DNA of 64,000 nucleotides from Salmo salar (Eukaryota): NCBI RefSeq assembly GCF_905237065.1, contig NC_059444.1, positions 51,942,644 to 52,006,643 of the forward strand, read 5' to 3'. Shown piece by piece: positions 39,901 to 51,400 of this stretch (position 1 is its first letter; each line of letters starts with the position of its first letter). The notes under the pieces were generated by a model. It saw only the letters and a program-made list of their open reading frames with translations, ran no database searches and was not told where the DNA came from. The position numbers and the translations under genes were made by a program.

Positions 39901-40024
39901 CTGGCCCTTCAAACAGCCACTCATCTCCAGCAACCCTCTTCTCTCCTCCCACGTCCTCAAAGTCCAGCAAAGCCTGCAGGCGCAGAGCAGTGTCTGGGTA
40001 GACGATCTGCAGTGCTGTCACGTT
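39901..40024 (-). CDS. mvp: MVP exon 3 [41 protein letters not shown](G)
   Basis: Compare human [32 protein letters not shown]. Acceptor ctcccag|AACGTG, donor GGCCAG|gtgagt. 124 nt, phase 0 to 1. Confidence 0.9.
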
Positions 40025-40329
40025 CTGGGAGTGGGTGGGGATAGAGATACAAATAAATAAAAAATTGCTTTAACTCTCTAAACTTCTAATGCCTAGGCTT
40101 TAACTCTGCAGGCTAACACCGTTGTGGCATGCAGGAGAACAGGGCTAGCACCCAGGTCCCAGACAGTTATATTATCTACCCAAATCTAAATGTGATCATA
40201 ATGGAGGGGTTTCAGTAAACCACACTTGTGTGCTGAGCAACCTCTGCTCGGACACCTGAAGACTTGCATTAGCATCCTGCAGTGCTAACACCGAGGCTTT
40301 AGCGCTGACGTCTAACAGACAGACAGTAC

Positions 40330-40525
40330 CTGCTGGATCTCCTCTCCGGGGTAGAGGGGGAAAGGGTCTTGGGTGAGCCGGATCTCCAGGTCAGCATGGC
40401 GAAGCTTGGCCTGTCCCGATTGGTCGAAGAGCACCTGTCTGTTGTCGTCGCGAGCGACGGGGTTGAGCACCACACAGTAGTGGCGAGGAGGGACCATGGT
40501 CATTCGCGTGGGGGAGAACAGCACT
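40330..40525 (-). CDS. mvp: MVP exon 2 (R)[65 protein letters not shown]
   Basis: Compare human [66 protein letters not shown]. Acceptor cttcccag|AGTGCTG, donor CAGCAG|gtactg. 196 nt. Confidence 0.92.
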
Positions 40526-40569
40526 CTGGGAAGGAGGGGACAATACAGTCACCTAATGACTGACACACT

Positions 40570-43450
40570 AATCTACACCGATACTGTACATCAAATTGTA
40601 TTTGTTACATGCACCCGAATACAACAGGTGTAGGTAGACCTTACAGTGAAATGCTTACTTACAGCCCTTAACCAACAATGTTTTAACCTCCCTGGGCAAG
40701 GTGGGACGTTTGCTATAACTTCAATTTCTCAAACATATTACTATTTTACACCATTTTAAAGACAAGACTCTCGTTAATCTAACCACATTGTCCGATTTCA
40801 AAAAGGCTTTACAGCGAAAGCAAAACATTAGATTATGTCAGGAGAGTACCCTGCCAAAAATAATCACACAGCCATTTTCAAAGCAAGCATATGTCACAAA
40901 AACTAAAACCACAGCTAAATGCAGCACTAACCTTTGATGATCTTCATCAGATGACACTCCTAGGACATTATGTTATACAATACATGCATGTTTCGTTCAA
41001 TCAAGTTCATATTTATATCAAAAAACAGCTTTTTACATTAGCATGTGATGTTCAGAACTAGCATACCCACCGCAAACTTCCGGTGAATTTACTAAATTAC
41101 TCACGATTAACGTTCACAAAATACATAACAATTATTTTAAGAATTATAGATACAGAACTCCTTTATGCAATCGCGGTGTCAGATTTTAAAATAGCTTTTC
41201 GGCGAAAGCACATTTTGCAATATTCTGAGTACATAGCCCGGCCATCACGGCTAGCTAATTTGACACCCACCAAGTTTGGCCCTCACCAAACTCAGATTTA
41301 CTATAAGAAAAATTGGATTACCTTTGCTGTTCTTCGTCAGAATCCACTCCCAGGACTTCTACTTCAACAACAAATGTTGTTTTGGTTCCAAATAAACCTT
41401 AGTTATATTCAAATACCTCCGTTTTGTTCGTGCGTTCAGGTCAGTATCCGAAGGGTGACGCGCGAGCGCATTTCGTGACAAAATTCAGAATATTCCATTA
41501 CCGTACTTCGAAGCATGTCAAACGCTGTTTAAAATAAATTTTTATGCTATTTTTCTCGTAAAATAGCGATAATATTCCAACCGGGCGACGTTGTATTCAT
41601 TCAAAGGCTGAAAGAAAAAAATAGAGAATTCTCATGAATGCGCAGTGTCACTGTTCCCAGCCTGACCACTCACAAAATCTCCTGCTGTTTTTCGCCCAGA
41701 GACAGGAGAGACGTCATTCCACTTTCTAGCGCCTTCTGAGAGCCAATGGAAGCCTTAGAAAATGTCACGTTACAGCAGAGATGCTGTATTTTCGATAGAG
41801 ATGCCACAGAAGGAGAACAAATTGTCAGACAAGGCACTTCCTGTATGGAATCTTCTCAGGTTTTGGCCTGCCATAGGAGTTCTGTTATACTCACAGACAC
41901 CATTCAAACAGTTTTAGAAACTTTAGAGTGTTTTCTATACAAATCTACTAATTATATGCATATTCTCGTTTCTGGGCAAGAGTAGTAACCAGTTTAAAAT
42001 CGGGTACGTTTTTTATCCGGCCGTGCAAATACTGCCCCCTAGCCCCAACAGGTTTGTTAAGAAAAAAAAAATAGATTAGTAAAAAAATTACAAATAATTA
42101 AAGAGCAGCAGTAAAATAACAGTAGCGAGGCTATATACAGGGGGTACCGGTACAGAGTCAATGTGCGGGGGCACCGGTATTGAGGTAATATGTACATGTA
42201 GGTAGAGTTAAAGTGACTATGCATAGATAATAAACAGAGTAGCAGCAGCGGAAAAGGGGAGGATGCAAATAGTCTGGGAAGCCATTTGATTAGCTGTTCA
42301 GGAGTCTTATGGCTTGGGGGTAGAAGCTGTTTAGAAGCCTCTTGGACCTAGACTTGGCACTCCGGTACCGCTTCCCGTGTGGTAGCAGAGAGAACAGTTT
42401 ATGACTAGGGTGGCTGGAGTCTGACAATTTTTAGGGCCTTCCTCTGACACCGCATGGTTTAGAGGTCCTGGATGGCAGGAAGCTTGGCCCCAGTGATGTA
42501 CTGGGCGGTACGCACTATCCTCTGTAGTGCCTTGCGGTCGGAGGCCAAGCAGTTGCTATACCAGGTAGTGATGCAATCAGTCAGGATGCTCTTGATGGTG
42601 CAGCTGTAGAACTTAGGGATCTGAGGACCCATGCCAAATCTTTTCAGTCTCCTAAGGGGGAATAGGCTTTGTTGTGCCCTCTTCATGACTCTTGGTGTGT
42701 TTGGACCTTGACAGTTTGTTGGTGATGTGGACACCAAGGAATTTGAAGCTCTCAACCTGCTCCACTACAGCCCCATCGATGAGAATGGGGGTGTGCTCGG
42801 GCCTCCTTTTCCTGTAGTCCACAATCATCTCCTTTGTCTTGATCACATTGAGGGAGAGGTTGTTATCCTGGCACTACATGGCCAGGTCTCTGACCTCCTC
42901 CCTCTAGGCTGTCTATCGTTGTCGGTGATCAGGCTTACCACTGTTGTGTCATCGGCAAACTTAATGACGGTGATGGAGTCGTGCCTGGCCATGCAGTCAT
43001 GAGTGAACAGGGAGTAAAGGAGAGGCCCCCGTGTTGAGGATCAGCGTGGCAGATGTGTTGTTACCTGCCCTTACCACCTGGGGGCGGCACATCGGGAAGT
43101 CCAGGATCCAGTTACAGAGGGAGGTGTTTAGTCCCAGGATCCTTAGCTTAGTGATGAGCTTTGAGGGTACTATGGTGTTGAACGCTGAGCTGTAGTCAAT
43201 GAATAGCATTCTCACATAGGTCTTCCTTTTGCCCAAGTGTGAAAGGGCAGTGTGGAGTGCAATAAAGATTGCATCATCTGTGGACCTGTTGGGGCAGTAT
43301 GCAAATTGGAGTGAGTCTTGGGTTTCTGGGATAATGGTGTTGATGTGAGCCATGACCTGCCTTTCAAAGCACTTCATGACTACAGACGCGAGTACTACGG
43401 GTTGGTAGTCATTTAGGCAGGTTACCTTAGTGTTCTTGGGCACAGGGACT
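40570..43450 (-). mobile_element. 5'-truncated L2-like LINE copy 2 (RT ORFs 42459..42755, 42652..42846, 42997..43443), with an X-family insertion in its 3' UTR
   Basis: RT motifs [58 protein letters not shown]...FPLRRLKRFGMGPQI.KFYSCTIKSILTDCITTWYSNCLASDRKALQRIV match the 10986..11585 RT with frameshifts. The 3' tail pieces 40570-40690 and 42055-42240 are collinear with 10560-10860, but are split by 40690-42054. Confidence 0.8.
40690..42054 (-). mobile_element. X-family repeat copy (longest, about 1.36 kb), inserted into the LINE 3' UTR
   Basis: The reverse complement starts ctgttggggctagggggcagtatttgcacggccggataaaaaacgtaccc...cagaaacgagaatatgcatataattagtagatttgtatagaaaacactctaaagtttctaaaactgtttgaatggtgtctgtgagtataacagaactcctatggcagg... 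and is collinear with 34625-35618, 38485-39476, 61655-62610 and 63235-64000. Confidence 0.75.
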
Positions 43451-43916
43451 ATGGTGGTCTGCTTGAAACATGTGTGTATTACACACTCAGTCAGGGACAG
43501 GTTGAAAATGTCAGTGAAGACATTTGCCAGTTGGTCAACGCCTGTTCGGAGTACACGTCCTGGTAATCCGTCTGGCCCTGCGGCCTTGTGAATGTTGACC
43601 TGTTTAAAGGTCTTTCATCAGCTACAGAGAGCGTGATCACAGAGTCGTCCAGAACTAAGTGTAAATGTGTTTGTACAAGGCATATGTTGACTAACCTAAA
43701 CCTGTAAAGAAACGCCTAAAAGGTGCCATTAAAAACGTGATATTTGGTAACGTTCGAAGTGTGCTGTCAAATAGTGTGTGATGCTGTAACCACAGAGAGA
43801 AACGGCTTGTTTGGCATCAGGAGGCTTAGAAGAAACTGAAAACAACCAATCGCACTAGTAATTAGGAAACTACATGCAGACCTTATCAGATAAACACACA
43901 CAAACACACTCCTCAC

Positions 43917-44053
43917 CTCTCATTGTCCTGTCTGATGTAGGTGAGTGGTCCTATCTCCACACGGGCAATATTGGTGTTTTGGTCAAGGACATGGATGTAG
44001 TGGTGGGGCGGAATACGGATGATTGACTCATCCACCAGCCCCATAAAGTCCAT
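43917..44053 (-). CDS. mvp: MVP exon 1 (first coding) [45 protein letters not shown](R)
   Basis: Compare human [42 protein letters not shown]. The start was placed at the ATG with the strong Kozak context (ggcaggATGG, 44053-44051). Alternative in-frame ATGs lie at 44086 (first after an upstream in-frame TAA, weak context, immediately after a ttccag acceptor-like site) and at 44044. Donor GAGAG|gtgagg at 43917. Confidence 0.8.
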
Positions 44054-45419
44054 CCTGCCTCTGTTCCCGCCATTCTTGAATGTCATCTGGAACGGTCGGA
44101 GTGGAAAGAGTTAACAGGGGTCTATTCAGTGATGTGAAACGTACCAACATATAATGAATAGAGCTAACACAATTTCCTATTCTGACAGAGACAAGATATA
44201 GATTATAGAACAGATATGATTATCTGAAAAGTGCTGTAATGTTATATCCTCCAGAACAGGCCCCTGAAGTAGCCTGCCCTACTGCCTAAAGGCAACGCTG
44301 GCCATGTTCGAGAGCATCAAAACCATGATGTAGCATAGGTCAATTGTGACAGACTGACCTACAAATAATACTGAGTAGTTATTGATGATGCAAGGTGATT
44401 TGTAGATCAGTCCGTCTCGACCCGCCTTTAAAGTCAGCTGCAATGTCTAACTGACCTCTGACCACTGACCTCCTGACTCATTGTGTGGATCTCAATCTCA
44501 TCCTCCTCCTCCATTGACTGTTGCCTTCTTACCGTAAGTGGAATGCACTGACTGCAAGTCCCTCTAGATGAGTCTGTTAAATGTCTCTCCCCTTGTTGCC
44601 TCTTTTCGTTCAGTGGTTCTGATCTGAAGGTGCTGACCAGGTAAAAGATGATCCCCCCCCCCCCATTAGGACATTATCTAGCTCTCCTCTCAAGCAGCTT
44701 CTCGCTCTGCCATTTTGTATTTTGAAACACGTGTAAGAAAATTTGCCAAAATTCTATTGGCTTCAAGCCTACTGCTGGACTAAAAAGATGTCCAAGATAG
44801 AAGTGTCTTTCTGTCCAGGACAAGGCTTACTGTTACCTGCGCTAAGTGGTGTAAAGTACTTAAGTAAAAATACAAGTTGTTTTTGGGGGGTTATCAGATT
44901 TGTGTGTGTGGGGGGGAGGGGGTATACATTTTTATAATACTTTTACTTCACTACCTTCCTAAAGAAAAGAATGTACTTCTTACACCATACATTTTCCACT
45001 GACACTTTTTGAATGCTTAACATGCCAGGAAAATTGTCCAATTCACACACTTATCAAGAGAACATCCCGAGTCAAATAGCCTAACGTTCATCTCTGCTGC
45101 TTAGAGGGAGGGAGGGTGACAGTAGCCTTAAGATATTTTTGGGAAACTGGGCACTGTATATCCCTTTTATTGCTGTGACCAGTCAACTCCAAGGAAGGAT
45201 GACGCATTTTCATTTGGAAGAAAAGTTGTGTTCTAGGCGTTTTATTAGCAACTTTTGAAATGTCTTGAGAGCAGATTCCAAAAGTTCAGAATGTAAGCCT
45301 AATGCATTGGGCCAAGTTGAGGTGTAAATGTTATTTTTTAAATTGAAAGAGCAATCTGAAGAATCTGTTTCACAAACACGTTGAAGAAGTTGACTTATCC
45401 ACTACTTGAGCATGACTTT

Positions 45420-45585
45420 ATTCATTTAACTAGGCAAGTCAGTTAAGAACAAATTCTTATTTACAATGACGGCCAAACCCTAACCCCGCGACCCTATGGG
45501 ACTCCCAATCACGGCCGGTTATGATACAGCCCAGGATCGAACCTCTAGCACTGACCGCTGCGCCACTCGGGAGAATGGCTACTAA
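45420..45585 (-). mobile_element. HpaI-like SINE fragment upstream of mvp
   Basis: ctaggcaagtcagttaagaacaaattcttatttacaatgacggcc...gaccctatgggactcccaatcacggccggttatgatacagcccaggatcgaacc...cgctgcgccactcgggag is the reverse complement of the SINE body. Confidence 0.75.
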
Positions 45586-45829
45586 CTAATCTAGAGTAGC
45601 TATGAGAGTTTCTTACCTTTGTTGACTAACTGAGCAGATTCTTCACTTCTCCTAACTTGGCAAACGTCTGTAGTCAGATGGTCAATGCGCCTCTGTTTTT
45701 TTTTAACAGCTTTTATTACGCTTTTGTGTTTTGAGTGGGTTGGTGGGCGTGCCTGGCTATGCTATGCAGAAGAGTCATCACTAGTTACCACAAAGTCATA
45801 AACCCCGCCTATTTCTACCATTTCTCTTC

Positions 45830-45995
45830 TTTAAAATGTGATTTTAACCTAACCTAAACCACACTGCAACCTCATGCCCAACACGAACCTTAAATTAAGA
45901 CCAAAAAGCACTTTTTTGTTTTCATGAATTTTTACGATATAGACCATTTTGACTTTGTGGCTGGGCTATCTAGTGGAAACCATGCGGAAGCAATC
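45830..45995. repeat. Dispersed repeat family 'R' copy 4
   Basis: ...aacctaacctaaaccacactgcaacctcatgcccaacacgaaccttaaattaagaccaaaaagcacttttttgttttcatgaatttttacgatatagaccattttgactttgtggctgggctatctagtggaaacc, compare 2700-2830. Confidence 0.7.
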
Positions 45996-47199
45996 CCGGA
46001 AGAACGATTACGAGTAAAGTGATTTACTGGACGACTGCTGTTGTGTAGATATTCATAAACTCACTAGATACGCTTGATAGTACGAAACCCATTGTAGTAT
46101 CTAGTTCCTTTGCTCTAGGAGCCTATTGACGCAGTACTGACAAATGTTTTTTTATAACAAATGCTGCGTTCAAGTGCTAGTCGGAACTATGAAACGTAGA
46201 AATGTCCGACTGGTGAACGCGGTACGTCTATTACTTCAAACAGTTAACAAGTCTGAAATATCCGAGTTTCCAAGTTCCGACTGGTACATGAACGCGGCAT
46301 AACCCTGTGGTAGGCTACCATCGCTCGGTTTCTTTCACGTCATCAGTCGCTTCGAACACACCGATTGCGTCATTGCATCAACGCTGCATAACATTTTGCA
46401 CAGCTAGGCAACTATACTTATGCAGGTATCTTTTGCAGACGGTCGCATGCGGTTGGACACATATGGGCCCTAGGGGACCTTTTCCCATTGTTATCATACT
46501 AAATGTATGTCGTATAACCTTAATTAGAGGTCCGGCTCACCTGATGTTAATGGGAGAGGGAAGGGGTTAAGGTGTGGTCTTTACTCCCAAATTTCACTTA
46601 AATATAACTTCCAAATGAAGAGAGACAAGGAGACATAAATAATCTGGGGGGAAAAAATACAATTTTATGTACAATGGTGGATGGTTCTTAAAATAACCTT
46701 GGTGTTAGGGGACTTTAAAAGAGACGTTTCACTCCACGGCATGCTGCCATGGGATTTCACCTGCTGGCGATGAGAAGTAGGTGGTCAGCTTCTCTCACCT
46801 GGAGTGCCAGTCTGGGGGCGTTGTTGGCACCTGCCCTGGTGACATCAGGTAGGTGACCATTGGCGTGCCCGTCTCCATCCGGAGCGGCTCCTGGAATGAC
46901 CTCTGCAGGTAGTTGTGGAGAACTTCACGCAGGCATCGACATTTGAGGGGCTGAGACCAAGCACTCTCCACTGCACCTGTACATAGCGCATCTATAAATA
47001 GCCCAAACAGCTACCTCTTCCCCTACCGTATTAATTTAGCTCCTTTGCACCCCAGTATTTCTACTTTGCACAAATCTACCATTCCAGTGTTTTAATTGCT
47101 GTATTGTATTTACTTCGCCACCATGGCCTATTTATTGCCTTTATCTCCCTTATCTCACCTCATTTGCTCACATTGTATATAGACTTATTTTTCTACTGT

Positions 47200-47557
47200 T
47201 GTAGAAAAAGCCCATGGAGTTGGTGGAATAATCCTTTAATTCATTGCCACTTACTCAGCTGGGCCAGGGGCACTTTAATTAGGTCAGGTGGAAATGTCCG
47301 ACAGATCTCCACTCCATAAAAGGAGGAAATCACCATCGACTGATCGCGCTGCTTTCTCTTCCTTCACTCTGTCAAATCCAGAAGTTCTGTGCGTCCATGA
47401 ATCCACACTACTCAGAAAATATACCACTTTATGGTTAAAGGAATTCCTGCCTCAGTCTCATCCATTCCTCTGTCACCTGACCCGTGACCACCTGTTCACC
47501 CTCACTGTCAGTCATCCTACCAGTCCAGCTACCCACACAGATTCCACTAATCTTTCA
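47200..47557 (+). repeat. BEL/Pao 5' LTR
   Basis: See the element entry. The right LTR differs at about 7 positions (for example atcaccatcgac vs atcatcatcgcc, ctgtgcgtcc vs ctgtggatcc). Confidence 0.9.
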
Positions 47558-48490
47558 ATGGTCCTTCAAGCCGGATGATGACGGAACCAAAGACAGGTGG
47601 AAAGGAAATGAAGGGGGAGAATGAGGAATTGTCTCCACTGGAAGGAGGGAGAAAGGAAGAGAGAGCAGCGGAGGGAAAGGTCCTGGAACAACGAAAAGGT
47701 CCAGGAGCTAAGCCTAAAGTAACAAAGGCTTCATCCTCAACCACCAGTAGTACCAGGAGAACCAGGCAAGCACCTGGTTATCTTAAGGATTATGTGGTTG
47801 AGTTTCCCACATCCAAGGGCAAGCCCACCAGAGCTCAAATTGGTGATGGATCAGCTGTACGTTTCAGCCATCAACCATCCCCTCTGGACCAAGGACCAGA
47901 AACTGCTTTGGTACGGGAAAGTGGTCTACAGGAAGAACCTATGGAGGAGGTAACTCCCACCGCACAGGTCGACCAGCTTCCTGAGACCGGCTCCGCTCAC
48001 CCCTTAACTGAAGGGAAATCGTCGAGGCACTCTAGACGGAGTGAGAGTTGGATGTGGCCATGGCAGCCGCCATTCACTAGCCCTCAGCGAATCACAGACC
48101 GCTGTCCTACAAGAGAGGATGAAACTATTACCGTTGGAGGAAATTGAGCGTCAGACTGAGGAGGAACGACAGGCTGACGAACGATGTCACCTATTGGATG
48201 TGCAAGCCCGTAGAGCTCTACAGGAAAGGGAATTCATTGCCAAGGACCTGGCACAGCAGTGACGGCACCGTCAAGCAAGAAGGGAATTGGAGGAGGCACG
48301 GATGGTCTCATCCTTCCTGGAGAGGAACGAACAGTGAGCTGACCTGACCACCATTCCAGATGGACCTGACCTGTCTGCCTTTCTTTCCCAATCTGCCCCT
48401 CTGGTACAGCATGGCACACAGTCCCCGGAGGCTCCAAGGTCAACAGCCAACACGGAGCACGGGGGACAGACCACTCCGCAAACGCCCTCT

Positions 48491-51400
48491 ATGCCAGTGA
48501 CAGAAGTTAGCTTTCCTCCATCTGGACAAAGCATCACTCCTTCGCCTTTCCGCCAATTACCAACCATGGCAAATCATTCCTCTCGTCCAGGGCCTGGACC
48601 AGGCCAGTCCTCAGACGGCAGGTGGGAGGGCTCTCACCCAATTCCGGCTGCCACCCATGGAGGGTCTGGGACAGTAGGGGACAGGCCCAATGAGGCCACA
48701 GTGGGCTCATCAGAAGTCCCGGGTTTATCCTTCACGCAACCAGAAGATGGAGCCAACATTATGAAACTGCTAGCAGCCTCAGCCTATGGAATTCCCAGAC
48801 CCAAACTGCCATACTTTGAGAGCGGAAAGGAGAGTGAATTTGTCCTTTTGGAAATGGCATTGGAGAGCCTACTGGGTATTCACAGTCATCTGTCAGAACG
48901 ATACAAGTACCAAGTACTAATGGATCACTTGCGGTTTCCTAGTGCATACAAGCTGGCCCAATCCTTTATGCACTCTGCAATACCATACACTGCCTCTCTC
49001 CAGGCCCTGAAAGCGAGATATGGTGAGCCACGCCAGCTAGTCCAGAATGAACTAAACAACATCCTGAACATGTCTCCAATTAAAATGGGAGACCATGCTG
49101 CCTTCCAAGAGTTCTCCCTGGCTGTCCAATCCCTGACCTCGATGCTCCAATCCGTTGAAGGAGAAGACGGGAACGAGCTGAAATGTGGCTTCCACGTGGA
49201 CAGGCTTCTTAGCAAGCTTCCAGCGTCCCTCAGAGACAGTTTCGTTGAACATTGTTTGAACAAAGGCATCCTGAAAGAGGGCTTGAGAAGCACCTATGCT
49301 CTCAGAGACCTGGCCGCATGGTTGCAGGTGAAAGCGAGGGTGAAGAGCATCGCTCACCAGGCCACAATCTCAGCCATAGTCTACGGGGGAAGGAAGGAGT
49401 TTGAACGCCAGGAGGGACAGAAAAGGCCAACTCCCACTACTATGTACTTAAATAGTGAAGCTGGGGAGGAACCCGGGAAGAAGACCCCTCTCAAGAGCAA
49501 GAACATCAAATTTCAGCCTTACTGCCCATATTGCAATAGTAAGGGGCACTTCCTTGGCTCATGCCCCAGGGTAAAAAAGCTCACTCAACCTCAATTGAAG
49601 GCTTGGATCACTTCAGGCGAGCAATGCTACAAGTGTGCCCGTAGCCATAAGGCGGAGACCTGCACATTGAGGAAACCCTGCAATCGCTGTACGGAAATCC
49701 ATCTCACAGTGTTGCATGATGTAATTCCCCAAGCACAGAAAGAGCAGAGTATGCTCATGGTAGGAGCTGTAAAGGAGCTCTACCTCGACCAGCAGAACCG
49801 GTCTCCAAGGGTCATGTTGAAGGTGGTCAAGGTCACTCTGTGGAGTGGAGGGAGAAGCATTGATACATTCGCCGTTCTAGATGATGGGTCTGAACGAACA
49901 ATCATTCTCCCGGCGGCCACCCGACAGCTTAACCTGGAGGGGATCCCCGAGACCCTTAATCTCAGAACGGTGCGACATGATGTTATCCAAATGAAAGGCT
50001 CTGCTGTGACCTTCAGCATTTCCCCTTCAGGAAACAGGGACGTGACCTATACTATCACCAATGCCTTCACGGCGGATGGCCTGAATCTTGCAGAGCACTC
50101 CTGCCCGGTAAGTGTTCTACAGAAACAATATCCTCATCTCCGAGGATTGCCTCTTCCTAGCCTGGCCAGAGTAGCTCCACTTATCCTGATTGGGTCAGAC
50201 CACCCACATCTCGTCACCCCGACTGAGCCTATACGAGCTGGACCAGAAGGCGGGCCCGTTGCTGTCCATACATCCTTGGGTTGGGCTGTGCAAGGTCCAG
50301 CCCATTTACTTCTCTCCACCCAAGCTGTACAGTCACAGCAAGTCCTCTTCACCAGATGCAATCCATCCCCCTGTCCAGCTACTGACCTCCTTCGGAATGT
50401 TGAGATGCTATGGAAGATGGACACCTTTTCCAACCGGAAGCTACAGGAGGTCACTCGCTCTAAACAAGACTCCTATGCATTAGACCTCCTGGAGAAGCGC
50501 ACCACCACCACTGAAATGGATGGCGTTCGGAGGTACGCAACCCCACTGCTACGGGTGCCCAACCATCCTCCTCTGGCAACCACGACGCGGGCTGTACTCC
50601 CACTATTGCGTGGAACGGAGCGACGCCTGGTGAAGAATCCTGAGCTTGCTGAAGTTCATAACCAAGAGATTCATAACCTTGTAAAGGCAGGCTATGTCAC
50701 CAAAGTGACAACTCAAGAAGAGGGAAACGCACTCGGCGAATCCTGGTATCTCCCTCATCATGTTATCCAGCAACATGGTGGGAAGTACAGACTTGTCTTC
50801 AACTGTTCATTCCAAGCTGCTGGTCAAAGCCTGAATGACTGTCTACTCCCCGGAACAATTTTAGGTCCTTCCTTGCTCGGTGTCCTTCTCCGGTTCCGGC
50901 AGCACTCTACAGCCATCAGTGGAGACATCAAAGCCATGTTTCATCAGATTCATCTGCTGCCTTCCGACACTACACTGCTCCGGTTCATATGGCGAGATAT
51001 GGAACGAGACGCAGAGCCCACAATCTATGAATGGCAAGTACTCCCATTTGGCACCACCTGCAGTCCTTGCTGTGCCATATACGCTCTGCAGAGACACGCA
51101 CGGGAGCACCCAGACAGTGACCCAGAAGTATGGGATTCAGTGGAAAATGACTTCTATGTGGATAACTGCTTACAGAGCGTCCCATCCACGGCTGAAGCGA
51201 AAGCACTCCTTGACAAAGTACGGAATCTCCTGTCCAAAGGGGGATTTGAGGTCCGACAGTGGGCGAGTAACAGAGCGGAGGTTATCCAGCACCTCCCGCC
51301 ACAAGCCAGGTCTAGTAGCAGTGAACTATGGCTATCGCAGTCTGGCGCTAACCCACAAGAGCCCACTCTAGGATTGAGATGGAGCTGCATACCGGATACC

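Noticed and set aside
47575-48147. 190-aa ORF upstream of the BEL/Pao Gag-Pol ORF (K/E/S/T-rich, MMTEPKTGGKEMKGENEELSPLEGG...)
   Set aside because: Could be a Gag N-terminal extension or ORF0 of the element, but it is in a different frame and is low-complexity. It is not listed as a separate feature because it has no recognisable domain. It deserves an HMM search before being called.
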